Assembly: GCA_964389625.1 (NCBI GenBank)
Contig: CAYMEF010000003.1
Span: 1-60,401, forward strand
Direction of reading: 5' to 3'
Origin: an uncultured Thermoplasmatales archaeon
GTDB lineage: Archaea > Thermoplasmatota > Thermoplasmata > Thermoplasmatales > GCA-001856825
DNA length: 60,401 nt
Shown: piece after piece, positions 38,955 to 48,630 of the stretch
Numbering within the stretch: position 1 is the first letter of the stretch
Layout of the letters: every line of letters starts with the position of its first letter
Translations under genes and position numbers: made by a program
The notes under the pieces: generated by a model
What the model saw: the letters and a program-made list of their open reading frames with translations, nothing else
The model's database searches: none
What the model was told of the DNA's origin: nothing

Positions 38955-39773
38955 TTATCTAATATTTTTGCCAATCAACGTACTTTTCCTGAATGCATTC
39001 ACTGCCTCCATGTTTTTCAAAACCTCCGCTACGACAGAATCGACAATTTCTCTTGCAGACCCTTCCTTCTCGGGGACTTTCATCACGAACTCTTCGCTCG
39101 TCTCTCCGCTTACCCTGTTGCATATCTTACCCCGAATCTCTATACCCAATGAATGCAGGTCCTTCGTTATCTCCGCAGACTGAATCAGTGAGAGTTCGTC
39201 GGTTGTCGTAACGATGAAGAATTTTGCCTTGAGGATCTCGTTCCACACCCTCTGTGCCAAAGACCTCCACTGCTCCAGAAGATCGATAATCTTGTCAGTG
39301 TGCAGAGCGTCCCTGAGCTTCAGGTAAATCTTCACGTCAGTGCCCAGGTGTTCATAGAATTCTTTCTGAAGAAGGATGAGATGCATGGTGGAAGAGGATG
39401 CAGCGGTATCCCAGACGACATAGTCATATTTCTTCGACAGCTCGTACTCGACTATGTTTGAAATTAGAAATTCGTCAGCGACTCCGGGACTGTTTGCCAC
39501 GTGATTGATAATCCAGTCATCGACTTCGAATAGGTTACCGAGGACAGTCTTTACCTCTTGTCCGTATCTTTCCTTCCATCTTTCAGACACTTCACTTTCC
39601 TTGAGTTCGACCACGTCCAGATTCTTATGCCCCTCTGGAAACAGGTGCTTGAGGGAGGGCATAAAGTCGCTCGAGACTAGTAGTATCTTTGCCTCTCTAG
39701 ATAGGCTTAGGGCAACGGCTGAAGAAATTGTCGTCTTTCCCACCCCTCCCTTCCCGACAAACGCCAAGATCAT
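38955..39773 (-). CDS. ArsA/Get3-like SIMIBI ATPase (single domain, deviant switches)
   Basis: GKGGVGKTT deviant Walker A, SSDFMPSL, PG..DE, WDTA, NR. Start at ATG 39773 (MILAFVGKGG). Confidence 0.82.
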   Translation of the reverse strand: MILAFVGKGGVGKTTISSAVALSLSREAKILLVSSDFMPSLKHLFPEGHKNLDVVELKESEVSERWKERYGQEVKTVLGNLFEVDDWIINHVANSPGVADEFLISNIVEYELSKKYDYVVWDTAASSSTMHLILLQKEFYEHLGTDVKIYLKLRDALHTDKIIDLLEQWRSLAQRVWNEILKAKFFIVTTTDELSLIQSAEITKDLHSLGIEIRGKICNRVSGETSEEFVMKVPEKEGSAREIVDSVVAEVLKNMEAVNAFRKSTLIGKNIR

Positions 39774-39964
39774 TTCACGTGACAATTGTTTCCTATTATA
39801 GAACTGTTGGGAGTTTGAGGGAAGCTCCGCTCGTAGGTGAAACTTCACTCTATGATCCAGGATCCTTACAGTTTTGTGAAGATGCAGTGGTCTCTATTGG
39901 AATAGAAGGTGTTGACGATCTTCTCCCAGATCGTCCTTGCAAACTGTTGTGTGGACCACGAAAT

Positions 39965-40426
39965 CTATCTCCCCTTTTCTTTTCTGATGACTCTTACTTC
40001 GCTTATCTCTGTGGAAGTATATTGTCCCTTTTCATCCTTCTCTAGGTACTTTACCATATCCCATACTGTCAGGAGCATCGAATTAACACAAGAAAGTGCT
40101 TCCATTTCCACCCCCGTCTTGTATCTGGCGGTGACCCTGCAGGTGACCCTGATACCTTCCGTTTCTATCTCTATACTCGGAAGGACGGATTCGAGCGGTA
40201 AAGGATGGCAGTGAGGTATTAGCTGCGGAGTCATCTTTGCTCCTAGAACTCCAGCCACTCTTGAGACCTCTTTAACGTCTCCCTTCTTTACGCTCCCTTC
40301 ACCTATGGCCTTCAGTGTGGTTCGTTTGAGCTTTATGTACCCTGAAGCAACGGCTTCCCTCTTTACAATTTGTTTGTCACCGATGTCGATCATTGGCGCG
40401 TTTCGAATGAAAATTGGGTCGTCCAT
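39965..40426 (-). CDS. moaC: Cyclic pyranopterin monophosphate synthase MoaC
   Basis: KKGDV, LIPHCHP, KTGVEMEAL, WDMVK. Confidence 0.95.
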   Translation of the reverse strand: MDDPIFIRNAPMIDIGDKQIVKREAVASGYIKLKRTTLKAIGEGSVKKGDVKEVSRVAGVLGAKMTPQLIPHCHPLPLESVLPSIEIETEGIRVTCRVTARYKTGVEMEALSCVNSMLLTVWDMVKYLEKDEKGQYTSTEISEVRVIRKEKGR

Positions 40427-40767
40427 CTAATAGTTTTGGTCATTTACTTTTTGAACCAGGTGAGGATATAAACTTTTCAGCACCTTCGCCCCCCTCAGCA
40501 GTTTCGTCAGAGTTCATTCAGACCATTCTACTGTTGCAGGTTCAGCCATGTCTCCTTTGGAGTTTTACAAACTGCGAGATTGAAAGAAATTCCTCTCGTG
40601 CACCAAGTGAGATTGAGTTTCTGTGGTATGGTGCAGAAGAGAGTTGTTACAAGATGCCTAACCATTCGAGTAAAGTCACGTAATAAACCCCATAAAACAC
40701 TGATTCTCACGAAGATTCATGAAAATCGATGAGGTGATCTATAACGTAAAAAACTAAGAATTAAGGA

Positions 40768-42597
40768 TTAATATATATCGGCGTCCAAACTATCGTGCGA
40801 TGTCTCATATTTTTGTATTGCCTTGTAGATATCGTTCCTCGTTACTATGCCAATAACCTTTGAAGTTTCCTTTGAAACTATTGGAATCCTGCCGACCCTG
40901 TTGACGGACATCATCCTCAGGACATCGAGAAGTGAATCGTCTGGACGGCCGATAACTACGTTCTTTGTCATGACGTTCTTGACCAGTACAGTACCCCGTT
41001 CTTCAGGTTTGACTGAATCTATGTCCGATTTAACAACAACGCCAACCAGCCGCCATCCATCAAGGACGGGAATCCCTTTGATCTTGGATGTGTTCATAAT
41101 CTCGGCAACCTCGGCTACGCTTAAGGAGGCCTGAACAACGATTGGGTACGGGTTCATTATTTCTTTGACAGATACCTTTTCAAGGTTGTGGACGTTGTAC
41201 TCTCCGCGGTGTGCGGGAGACTCCGCCCTGTCTCTCACCTGGTTCTTGTATATTGAGTACTTGGGTCCCACTATGTAATATGCAATAATTACAGCAACCA
41301 TTGAAGGGATCATAAGAGTGAGCGTTCCGGTCATTTCGCTCACCATCAGAATGACTGCAATGGGTACCCTACCGGCGCCGGCAAATGTGGCCATCATCCC
41401 CACTATAACGAACGGAGCTGGAGTCGGAATGATCGTCTTGTTGACCATATCGATGATGACCCACATGAACGCCCCAAGGAAGGCCCCAATCACTAATGAA
41501 GGTGCAAACACGCCTCCACTGCCTCCGGACCCAACGGTGAAGGAAGTCGCTATTATCTTTGCAAAGACCAGAATTATTAGAGTAGCTAGCAACGGTAATA
41601 CAACGTACTCGGACCTGATGAGTGAGAGCTTTCCGTCGAGCAGGTACTGAACGTAACCATAGCCCAAACCCGTCACCTGTGGAAAAAATATGGCTATTAT
41701 ACCAGCTATTCCGCCGCCGATCATGGGCCTGAAGTACTTCTTGACCCTCAGCTTATCGAACAGGGTTCGGACCCTGTAGAAGGAAAAGCTGTACAGCTTA
41801 CCTGTGAGGCCCGCCGCCACTCCAAGGATGGCGTAAAGTATAAGATTGAATGGATGCAAGAAGTTGTAGGTGATTCCGGATCCAAAAATGGGGGAGAAAT
41901 TTGTGAAAGAGGCGAAGATCACGTATCCGATGGGTGACGCAATGAACCCGGGCACTATGGTCTCAAATTCCATGTCACCTCCACTGTACAGAATTTCAGC
42001 GCTGAGTATGGCCCCCCCGAACGGAGACTTGAAGATCGCTCCGATTCCCGCACCGATTCCAACCGCGACTGCAGTCCTTCTGTCCTTTATGGATAACCCA
42101 AGGAAACTGCCAATGAAAGAACCAAAACCCGCAGAGATCTGAGCGGTTGGACCTTCTCTTCCAGCGCTCCCACCAGAGCCTATAGTTATCGCGGAAGTTA
42201 TCATCTTGATGAATGGGACTCTCTTCCTAACGTATCCATTCTTGTTGTGAAATGCATCAATTGCAGCATCGGTACCGTGACCCTCTGCCTCTGGCGCAAA
42301 CTTGTAGGTGATAAGTCCAACTACAAGACCACCAAGCATGATAGATAGAGGGATCAGGAAGTAATGGGGGTTGATCGTTGCCGGTGCAGGAATCTCTCCC
42401 GCGGGAGACGGGGCATAGAATCCCGTGATCCTACCAAGGATGTTGTTGGTAGCAAAGTTCAGCAAATAATAAAATGCAGTGGCTCCAAGTCCGGATACGG
42501 TCCCGATAAGGATTCCAACGATCCCCCACTTCGCAAGGTAAGACGAGTTGATGTACTTACTAACGGAACCTCGTATATTCTTGTCCCCAAGAGCCAT
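40768..42597 (-). CDS. ClC chloride channel/antiporter with tandem CBS domains
   Basis: GHGTD, GSAGREGP, GGSGGVFAP; C-terminal CBS pair. Confidence 0.93.
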   Translation of the reverse strand: MALGDKNIRGSVSKYINSSYLAKWGIVGILIGTVSGLGATAFYYLLNFATNNILGRITGFYAPSPAGEIPAPATINPHYFLIPLSIMLGGLVVGLITYKFAPEAEGHGTDAAIDAFHNKNGYVRKRVPFIKMITSAITIGSGGSAGREGPTAQISAGFGSFIGSFLGLSIKDRRTAVAVGIGAGIGAIFKSPFGGAILSAEILYSGGDMEFETIVPGFIASPIGYVIFASFTNFSPIFGSGITYNFLHPFNLILYAILGVAAGLTGKLYSFSFYRVRTLFDKLRVKKYFRPMIGGGIAGIIAIFFPQVTGLGYGYVQYLLDGKLSLIRSEYVVLPLLATLIILVFAKIIATSFTVGSGGSGGVFAPSLVIGAFLGAFMWVIIDMVNKTIIPTPAPFVIVGMMATFAGAGRVPIAVILMVSEMTGTLTLMIPSMVAVIIAYYIVGPKYSIYKNQVRDRAESPAHRGEYNVHNLEKVSVKEIMNPYPIVVQASLSVAEVAEIMNTSKIKGIPVLDGWRLVGVVVKSDIDSVKPEERGTVLVKNVMTKNVVIGRPDDSLLDVLRMMSVNRVGRIPIVSKETSKVIGIVTRNDIYKAIQKYETSHDSLDADIY

Positions 42598-42772
42598 TTA
42601 GCAACCGTTTCTAGATAAACTGAGACTTAATAACCGTTCCTCAGGGATAGCCTCTGCCCGTCCTAAGTCTAAGAGATTTAATGCATCTCGAAGGAGTTAA
42701 CAATGATAAAAGAAAGGGCTAGATTCCCAGTCAACGGTAATTTAATTATCGTATGTGGTAATCCCTCCGAGA

Positions 42773-44746
42773 ATGGGAGAGGTCATAGGTAGGCAAAATA
42801 GATTTATAAGAAAGGTTGTCTCTTTATCGGCCGCTGGAGTTTTCCTCGACGGATATGATCTTTTCATCATCTCAGTAGTGCTCATATATATAGATTCCCA
42901 GAACTGGGTCACCACCGGAACCGTTGCGGGTGCCATCCAGACAGGCCTCATCCAATCGTCTGCGCTTATAGGCATGTTTGTGGGTGCACTCCTCCTTGGT
43001 AGATTCGCAGACAGGGTCGGAAGGAGAACGCTCTACATGATCGACCTAGTTTTCTTCGTCTTTTTTGGATTCCTTACTGCTCTTGCCACGAATGTCAATC
43101 AACTCATAATATTCAGGTTCCTTCTCGGCATAGGCATAGGAGCAGATTATCCCATATCTTCAACTTATGTAGCGGAGTTCTCTCCGAAACAGAAGCGCGG
43201 TAAGCTCATCACTACCACATTCATGTTCTGGGGAATAGGCTCGATCGTTGCGGCCGTGATCGGGTTCACGTTCGGAAGATTCGAGACCGTGGACCTCTTT
43301 GGAAGTCAAATCGCATCCTGGAGGATTATGCTGGCGTCCGGGGTCGTTCCAGCCATCGCCGTCCTTATACTGAGACACACCATGCCAGAGTCACCGAGGT
43401 GGCTGCTGGCAAATAACCAACCAGAGAAAGCGCGGGCAGTAATTGAGAAAATAAAAGAGAAGTACGACCTCGACTACAGCAAGGATCTCTCCGCTGTCGA
43501 ACCGGAGCGGAGAGGAAAGATGTCAGAGTTGTTCAGCAGGGCGTACAGGAAGAGGACCATGTTCTCCTGGATCCCGTGGTTCTTCATGGACTATGGAGTG
43601 TACGGGGTGGGAATCTCTATACCCCTGATTCTGTACTCCGTCGGGTTCAAAGGCACTAGCATTGTTGCGAAGGTCAATGCGATCCTTGGTACCATATTCA
43701 TAGACGTGTTTATCCTGTTGGGATTCATAGTCGCAATATTCATCGTAGAGAAAGTGGGAAGGTTGAAGCTTCAGGGACTGGGTTTCGTTGGGATGGCTGT
43801 CGGAGCCCTTGTCTTTGCATTCGGTTTCAACTATGGAGTTTACCTGATTCTAGGCACACTGATCTTCTACGAATTCTTCGAGAATATGGGACCGAACGTC
43901 ACGACGTGGATAGTCCCAACCGAGATATTCCCAACTAGGCTGAGGGCAACCGCACAGGGCACTTCCTCTGCATTCAGCAGAATAGGGGCGGTGATAGGAA
44001 CGTTCACATTTCCGGTGCTGGTCAAATTCTATGGTTGGGAGGTTACTTTCATTGTAGTCTTCATCTTCATGGTTGGTGGCGCACTGTCGACCTGGATATT
44101 TGGAACGGAAGTGTCCAGCCTATCTCTCGAAGAATCCTCAATGGTGTTCCTGGAATTCTCCAACTACCTCAAGAGACTTGGAGAGAAAGTGAAGGAGGCA
44201 TCCGAGGAGCTGTTTGCTATGGTCTCGCGGTACGACAGACTAGAAGAGAGGGCAGAGTCCATCAAGAACCTCGAACACGAGGCAGATGAGATAGTGCACC
44301 AGATCTACAACAGGGTGAACCTTATGCCGAAGCCTTTAGAGTCTGTTGACGTGGGGAATCTAGCGACCAAGTTTGACGACATCCTCGACTTCATGGACGG
44401 GGTCGCAAAGAGGCTTGTCCTCTTCAAGGTTCCCAAGACAAAGGAGATGGACGAATTCGCCAGGGTGATACTCGCATCCGTTACCGAAGTCACCGAGGCT
44501 CTCAAGATGTTCGGAAACTTCACCGAAGGGGACTCTGCAGACATAAGAAATCAGATAATAAAGATCAACGACCTTGAGGACAAGGCGGACGACATTCTCG
44601 AGAGTTCGTACGGTTCTCTCTTCTCGACCCAGGACCCCATCATGATAATCAAACTCAAGGAGATCTATGAGATAATGGAGACGGTGACAGACAAGTGTGA
44701 AGACGTATCGGATATATTCAACGACCTCGTGATAAAGTACAGCTGA
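42773..44746 (+). CDS. MFS transporter (sugar porter/phosphate:H+ symporter-like) fused to a DUF47/PhoU-like domain
   Basis: FLDGYD, ADRVGRR, RFLLGIGIGADYP, PESPRW, GPNVTT, EIFPTRLR; then from ~44150 LEHEADEI...DDILD...LEDKADD...KEIYE.ME..TDKCEDV, all in one uninterrupted frame. Confidence 0.85.
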   Translation: MGEVIGRQNRFIRKVVSLSAAGVFLDGYDLFIISVVLIYIDSQNWVTTGTVAGAIQTGLIQSSALIGMFVGALLLGRFADRVGRRTLYMIDLVFFVFFGFLTALATNVNQLIIFRFLLGIGIGADYPISSTYVAEFSPKQKRGKLITTTFMFWGIGSIVAAVIGFTFGRFETVDLFGSQIASWRIMLASGVVPAIAVLILRHTMPESPRWLLANNQPEKARAVIEKIKEKYDLDYSKDLSAVEPERRGKMSELFSRAYRKRTMFSWIPWFFMDYGVYGVGISIPLILYSVGFKGTSIVAKVNAILGTIFIDVFILLGFIVAIFIVEKVGRLKLQGLGFVGMAVGALVFAFGFNYGVYLILGTLIFYEFFENMGPNVTTWIVPTEIFPTRLRATAQGTSSAFSRIGAVIGTFTFPVLVKFYGWEVTFIVVFIFMVGGALSTWIFGTEVSSLSLEESSMVFLEFSNYLKRLGEKVKEASEELFAMVSRYDRLEERAESIKNLEHEADEIVHQIYNRVNLMPKPLESVDVGNLATKFDDILDFMDGVAKRLVLFKVPKTKEMDEFARVILASVTEVTEALKMFGNFTEGDSADIRNQIIKINDLEDKADDILESSYGSLFSTQDPIMIIKLKEIYEIMETVTDKCEDVSDIFNDLVIKYS

Positions 44747-44782
44747 TTGTCAAGTTTATCTATAAAGAATCCATCCATACCT

Positions 44783-45010
44783 ATGGTGGAACTTAGGATC
44801 ACCGTTACGCTCAAGAAATCAGTTGAGGACTCCGAGGGAAGTTCCGTCCTCAAGGCACTGAAGCTGCTTGGGTACGACAACGTTAAGGATGTCAGGGCAG
44901 GAAAGGTTTACTTCATCACCCTCACCAGCGGAAGCAAGAAAGTTGGTAGAGAGTTCTGTGAGAAACTCTTGGCGAACCCTGTGATCAACGAGTGTGCAGT
45001 TGATGATTAG
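44783..45010 (+). CDS. purS: FGAM synthetase subunit PurS
   Basis: V.LK..V.D.EG..V..AL..LGY..V.DVR.GK, CEKLLANPVI. Confidence 0.92.
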   Translation: MVELRITVTLKKSVEDSEGSSVLKALKLLGYDNVKDVRAGKVYFITLTSGSKKVGREFCEKLLANPVINECAVDD

Positions 45011-47267
45011 AGAGGAAGCAACGACCGAGGTATCAATACTAGCCAAGTCGAGAGATGACCTCCTCGAAGTTTCTAGAAAGATGCACCTAGGTCTGTCCTC
45101 GGACGAGATGAGGAGGGTGCAAGAGCATTTTGAGAATGAAGAAAGGGAACCAACAGACGTAGAACTACAGGCGATTGCCCAGGCCTGGAGCGAGCACTGC
45201 AGCTACAAGAGCTCAAAGGTTCACCTCAAGAAATTCATTCTTGGGATAGGCAAGGACAAGATCGTGGCAGAAGGTGATGCTGGGCTAGTTTCACTGGACA
45301 AAGACACTGCAATAGCGTTCAAGATTGAAAGCCACAATCATCCCTCGGCCATTGAGCCTTACGGCGGTGCCGCAACTGGGGTCGGAGGTATTCTGCGTGA
45401 CATCCTAAGCATGGGTGCGCAACCGATTGCGGTCACGGACGTCCTGTACTTCGGCACCAAGAAAGTCAAGGGATTCCCGTCTCCGAAGTTTATAGAAGGA
45501 GGGGTAATCGCGGGCATAAGAGACTACGGTAACCGAGTCGGAATACCAACCGTCTCTGGTGGAATAGTTTATTCTGACTATTTTTCACCCAACGTTCTGG
45601 TGAACGTGGGCTGCGTAGGAGTTGTAAACAAGAAGAAGATTATGTCTTCTGCGGTCAAGGAAGCAGGAATCAAACTGATTATCGCTGGCGGAAAGACGGG
45701 GAGGGACGGCATACATGGAGTCAACATGGCCTCCGCCATCATGGAGAGCGGAGAGGAAGACATCACCACCGTTCAGCTCGGGAGTCCCATCACAAAGGAA
45801 CCTCTAATCCACGCCGTTCTTGAGGCAAGTGATAGGGGTCTTCTATATGCCCTTAAGGATCTCGGTGGGGGAGGGCTGAGTAGCGTCGTTGGGGAGATGC
45901 TCAATGCGGGAGGAATGGGTGGGAGAATAAACCTCGAGAGAGTCCCGCTCAAGGAGAAGAGCATGAAGCCATGGGAAATATGGATCTCCGAGAGTCAGGA
46001 GAGGATGCTTCTAGCAGTCAGGGAGGAGAACGTTGAAGAAGTGCTTGGGATAATGGAAGACTGGGACATCACCTCCTCCGTCATAGGGGAGAGCGAAGAG
46101 GGCAAGAGGCTCAGGATATTCTACAAAGGCACAAAGGTACTCGATCTGGTCACGGATTTCATGACTTCACCCAAGCTGTACGAGAGACTAGCAGTGGTAA
46201 AGCAGAGGCAGGTTGTCCAGGTTCTACCTAAATACCCTTCCGACTTCAAGAAGATTCTTTTGGCGATGCTCTCGGATAGAAACGTGCGAACCAGAGAGTA
46301 TGCAGTCAGGCAATACGACCACACCGTTAGGGGAAGCACAGTCGTTGGTCCATTCACCGGCATAATAGGAAGGGAGGGCCCGTCCGATGCGTCGATTATA
46401 AGGCCAGACTGGAGCAAGGAAGTTGGGGTAGCTATCTCTCACGGATCGAACCCCTTCTATTCTGCAATAGACCCCTACCTGGGAGGAAGGGCGGCGATAG
46501 ATGAGACAGTTAGAAATCTCATCGCAGTGGGGGCTGAGCCTCTCGGTTTTTCGGATTGCCTCAATTCGGGGAACCCGGAGAGACCAGAAGTGATGGGAGA
46601 ATTTATCGAAATGGTCAGGGGGCTCCATGACTCTGCTTCGGGACTGGAATTACCGTTCGTATCCGGAAATGTATCTTTCTACAACGAGGCTGGCAGGAGA
46701 AGGATCCCGAGCTTCCCAACCATTCTGGGTGTGGGAAGGGTAGAAAGAATAAGGCACGCCGTTACACCCGACCTAAAGAGGGAAGACAACGGGATCTATC
46801 TGGTAGGTCTGCCAACTTCTGACCTCGGTGGTTCGCTGTATCACAGGAGGATGGGTATCGAGGGAGGAAGGGTTCCATACTCCGATCCAAGAACTCTCAA
46901 GAGAAGGGGATGGAATCTCCTCAAATCAATCAAGAGTGGAATTGTACAATCGGCTCATGACGTCTCGGATGGAGGCATTGCAACTGCAGTTTCTGAAATG
47001 ACGATCGGCTCGGACATCGGCCTGTCTCTCGATATAGCAGTACTTGGACTTCGCTCGGATTTCGTTCTATTTTCGGAACCGCAGTCAAGCTGGATGGTTG
47101 AAGTCGATCGGAAGGGTGAAAAGGAATTCCTGGAAACGATGTCCGATGACGCGATATTCCTCGGGAGGACAGGTAGTGATGATTTGTCCATAGCTCGGGG
47201 AGAGGAGAGTGTTCTGGAAGTGGACCTGAACTCGATACTAGGGAGATGGAAGAGGGGATATTCGTGA
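44994..47267 (+). CDS. purL: FGAM synthetase subunit PurL
   Basis: WSEHCSYK, KIESHNHPSAIEPYGGAATGVGG, DLGGGG, ESQERM, SGNVS, HDVSDGG. Confidence 0.96.
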   Translation: MQLMIREEATTEVSILAKSRDDLLEVSRKMHLGLSSDEMRRVQEHFENEEREPTDVELQAIAQAWSEHCSYKSSKVHLKKFILGIGKDKIVAEGDAGLVSLDKDTAIAFKIESHNHPSAIEPYGGAATGVGGILRDILSMGAQPIAVTDVLYFGTKKVKGFPSPKFIEGGVIAGIRDYGNRVGIPTVSGGIVYSDYFSPNVLVNVGCVGVVNKKKIMSSAVKEAGIKLIIAGGKTGRDGIHGVNMASAIMESGEEDITTVQLGSPITKEPLIHAVLEASDRGLLYALKDLGGGGLSSVVGEMLNAGGMGGRINLERVPLKEKSMKPWEIWISESQERMLLAVREENVEEVLGIMEDWDITSSVIGESEEGKRLRIFYKGTKVLDLVTDFMTSPKLYERLAVVKQRQVVQVLPKYPSDFKKILLAMLSDRNVRTREYAVRQYDHTVRGSTVVGPFTGIIGREGPSDASIIRPDWSKEVGVAISHGSNPFYSAIDPYLGGRAAIDETVRNLIAVGAEPLGFSDCLNSGNPERPEVMGEFIEMVRGLHDSASGLELPFVSGNVSFYNEAGRRRIPSFPTILGVGRVERIRHAVTPDLKREDNGIYLVGLPTSDLGGSLYHRRMGIEGGRVPYSDPRTLKRRGWNLLKSIKSGIVQSAHDVSDGGIATAVSEMTIGSDIGLSLDIAVLGLRSDFVLFSEPQSSWMVEVDRKGEKEFLETMSDDAIFLGRTGSDDLSIARGEESVLEVDLNSILGRWKRGYS

Positions 47268-48055
47268 CGAGAGATATAAGAGTGGCTCTGTTGATAATGG
47301 AAGGCACTAACAACGAGGAAGAAGCCTACCTTTCGTTCAAGAATTCGGATACGCTTCCGGAGATGGTACACATCAAGAAGCTTGAAAACGGAAAGAAGAA
47401 GCTGAGCGATTACGACCTCATCTTCTTCCCTGGGGGATTCTCCGCTGGCGATTATGTAAGGGCAGGAGCCGTTATGGCCGCCAGGATAAAGTCGAAGCTC
47501 CTCAAAGACCTGGAAGAATTTGTGGAGAGCGGCAGACCGGTCATGGGTTCTTGCAACGGATTCCAGACACTGGCCGAATTGGGCATGCTCCCGAACGTCG
47601 GGGGAAAATACGCACTGGAAGCAGCGCTCGCCCCAAACGTATCGAACAGGTTCGAGGCTAGGACCATCTATCTCAAGGTTAGAAAGGGGAACTGCCTCTT
47701 CCTGAAAAGGTTCAAGGATGGGGAGTTGATAAAACTGCCGATAGCACACTCCGAGGGAAGATTCGTCACCAGGGACAAGGGCATACTCGGGAAGATAGTC
47801 GGGGATGGGATGAACGTATTATCGTACGTCAACGAGGTGGGCGAGGAGGCCGGATACCCATGGAACCCCAACGGTTCAGAGCAGAATATAGCCGGTATAT
47901 GCAACAGGGCGGGGAACGTGCTCGGAATGATGCCTCATCCAGAGAGAGTCTTCTACAGGTTCACTGAATCGGACTGGACCAGGAGTGAAGAGAGGGAGGG
48001 GATGGGGAATCCTTTCTTTAAGAGTGCAGTAGATTTCCTTAGAGAAAAATTTTAA
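47264..48055 (+). CDS. purQ: FGAM synthetase glutaminase subunit PurQ
   Basis: GTNNE, PGGFSAGDY, GSCNGFQ, AHSEG, NPNGS, MMPHPER; GTG start overlapping the purL stop. Confidence 0.95.
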   Translation: MTRDIRVALLIMEGTNNEEEAYLSFKNSDTLPEMVHIKKLENGKKKLSDYDLIFFPGGFSAGDYVRAGAVMAARIKSKLLKDLEEFVESGRPVMGSCNGFQTLAELGMLPNVGGKYALEAALAPNVSNRFEARTIYLKVRKGNCLFLKRFKDGELIKLPIAHSEGRFVTRDKGILGKIVGDGMNVLSYVNEVGEEAGYPWNPNGSEQNIAGICNRAGNVLGMMPHPERVFYRFTESDWTRSEEREGMGNPFFKSAVDFLREKF

Positions 48056-48078
48056 TTTACTTAGCCATACCCATCCCA

Positions 48079-48630
48079 GTGAACCGAAGACTATTTGCTG
48101 CAATCATCGTCGTGCTGTTAGCCACAGTTATAATTGTCAACAGTCAGGCGTACGCACAGCCTACACCGACCTTTCCAACGATCAGCTACCATACCTTTCA
48201 GGGATACAACATCTCGATCACAAGCACGATGTGGAACAGCACGGTCTACCCGGTCATCTACAGCAAGAATTTTTCGTCATTCAACTGGAAGGATAGTCCT
48301 CAGAAGAACTACATTTTGTTCTCATATGGGCTGACGGGACTCAACCCGTACGGAGCTCAATTCGTAGAGGCAATGCAGACGACCGGAAATCTCACCGAAA
48401 AGAACGTCACCCTGGCCTTCCAGAAGATAGCGCCACTCGACGCCACAAACACAGGTTACACGAATCAGTACAAGCTGAATGCGGGAGCGCTCCCTGGATT
48501 CTCGAATTCGACTCCCACCAGTTTCAACAACCCGAGCGTACGCTCGCTATATGGATGGATATTCGCGGGAGGCGTAGTAGTATCCATCGTAGCACTCTAC
48601 TTCATCCTGAACAGGAAGAAAGATGAATGA
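48079..48630 (+). CDS. Small secreted/membrane-anchored hypothetical protein
   Basis: Signal peptide, N-glycosylation sequons, C-terminal TM followed by NRKKDE. Confidence 0.7.
   Translation: MNRRLFAAIIVVLLATVIIVNSQAYAQPTPTFPTISYHTFQGYNISITSTMWNSTVYPVIYSKNFSSFNWKDSPQKNYILFSYGLTGLNPYGAQFVEAMQTTGNLTEKNVTLAFQKIAPLDATNTGYTNQYKLNAGALPGFSNSTPTSFNNPSVRSLYGWIFAGGVVVSIVALYFILNRKKDE

Noticed and set aside
39774-39964. N-terminal extension of the ArsA-like ORF, or a small gene between moaC and the ATPase
   Set aside because: The extension precedes the natural MILAFVGKGG start, and no coherent ORF (e.g. MoaD with C-terminal GG) was found
42598-42720. Fluoride riboswitch / CLC-F exporter upstream of the ClC gene
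   Set aside because: No crcB-motif consensus is visible, and the protein has GHGTD/GREGP rather than the CLC-F GNNLI/GREGT motifs. The short inverted repeats there (AGACTTA/TAAGTCT, GAGAT/ATCTC) are too weak to call
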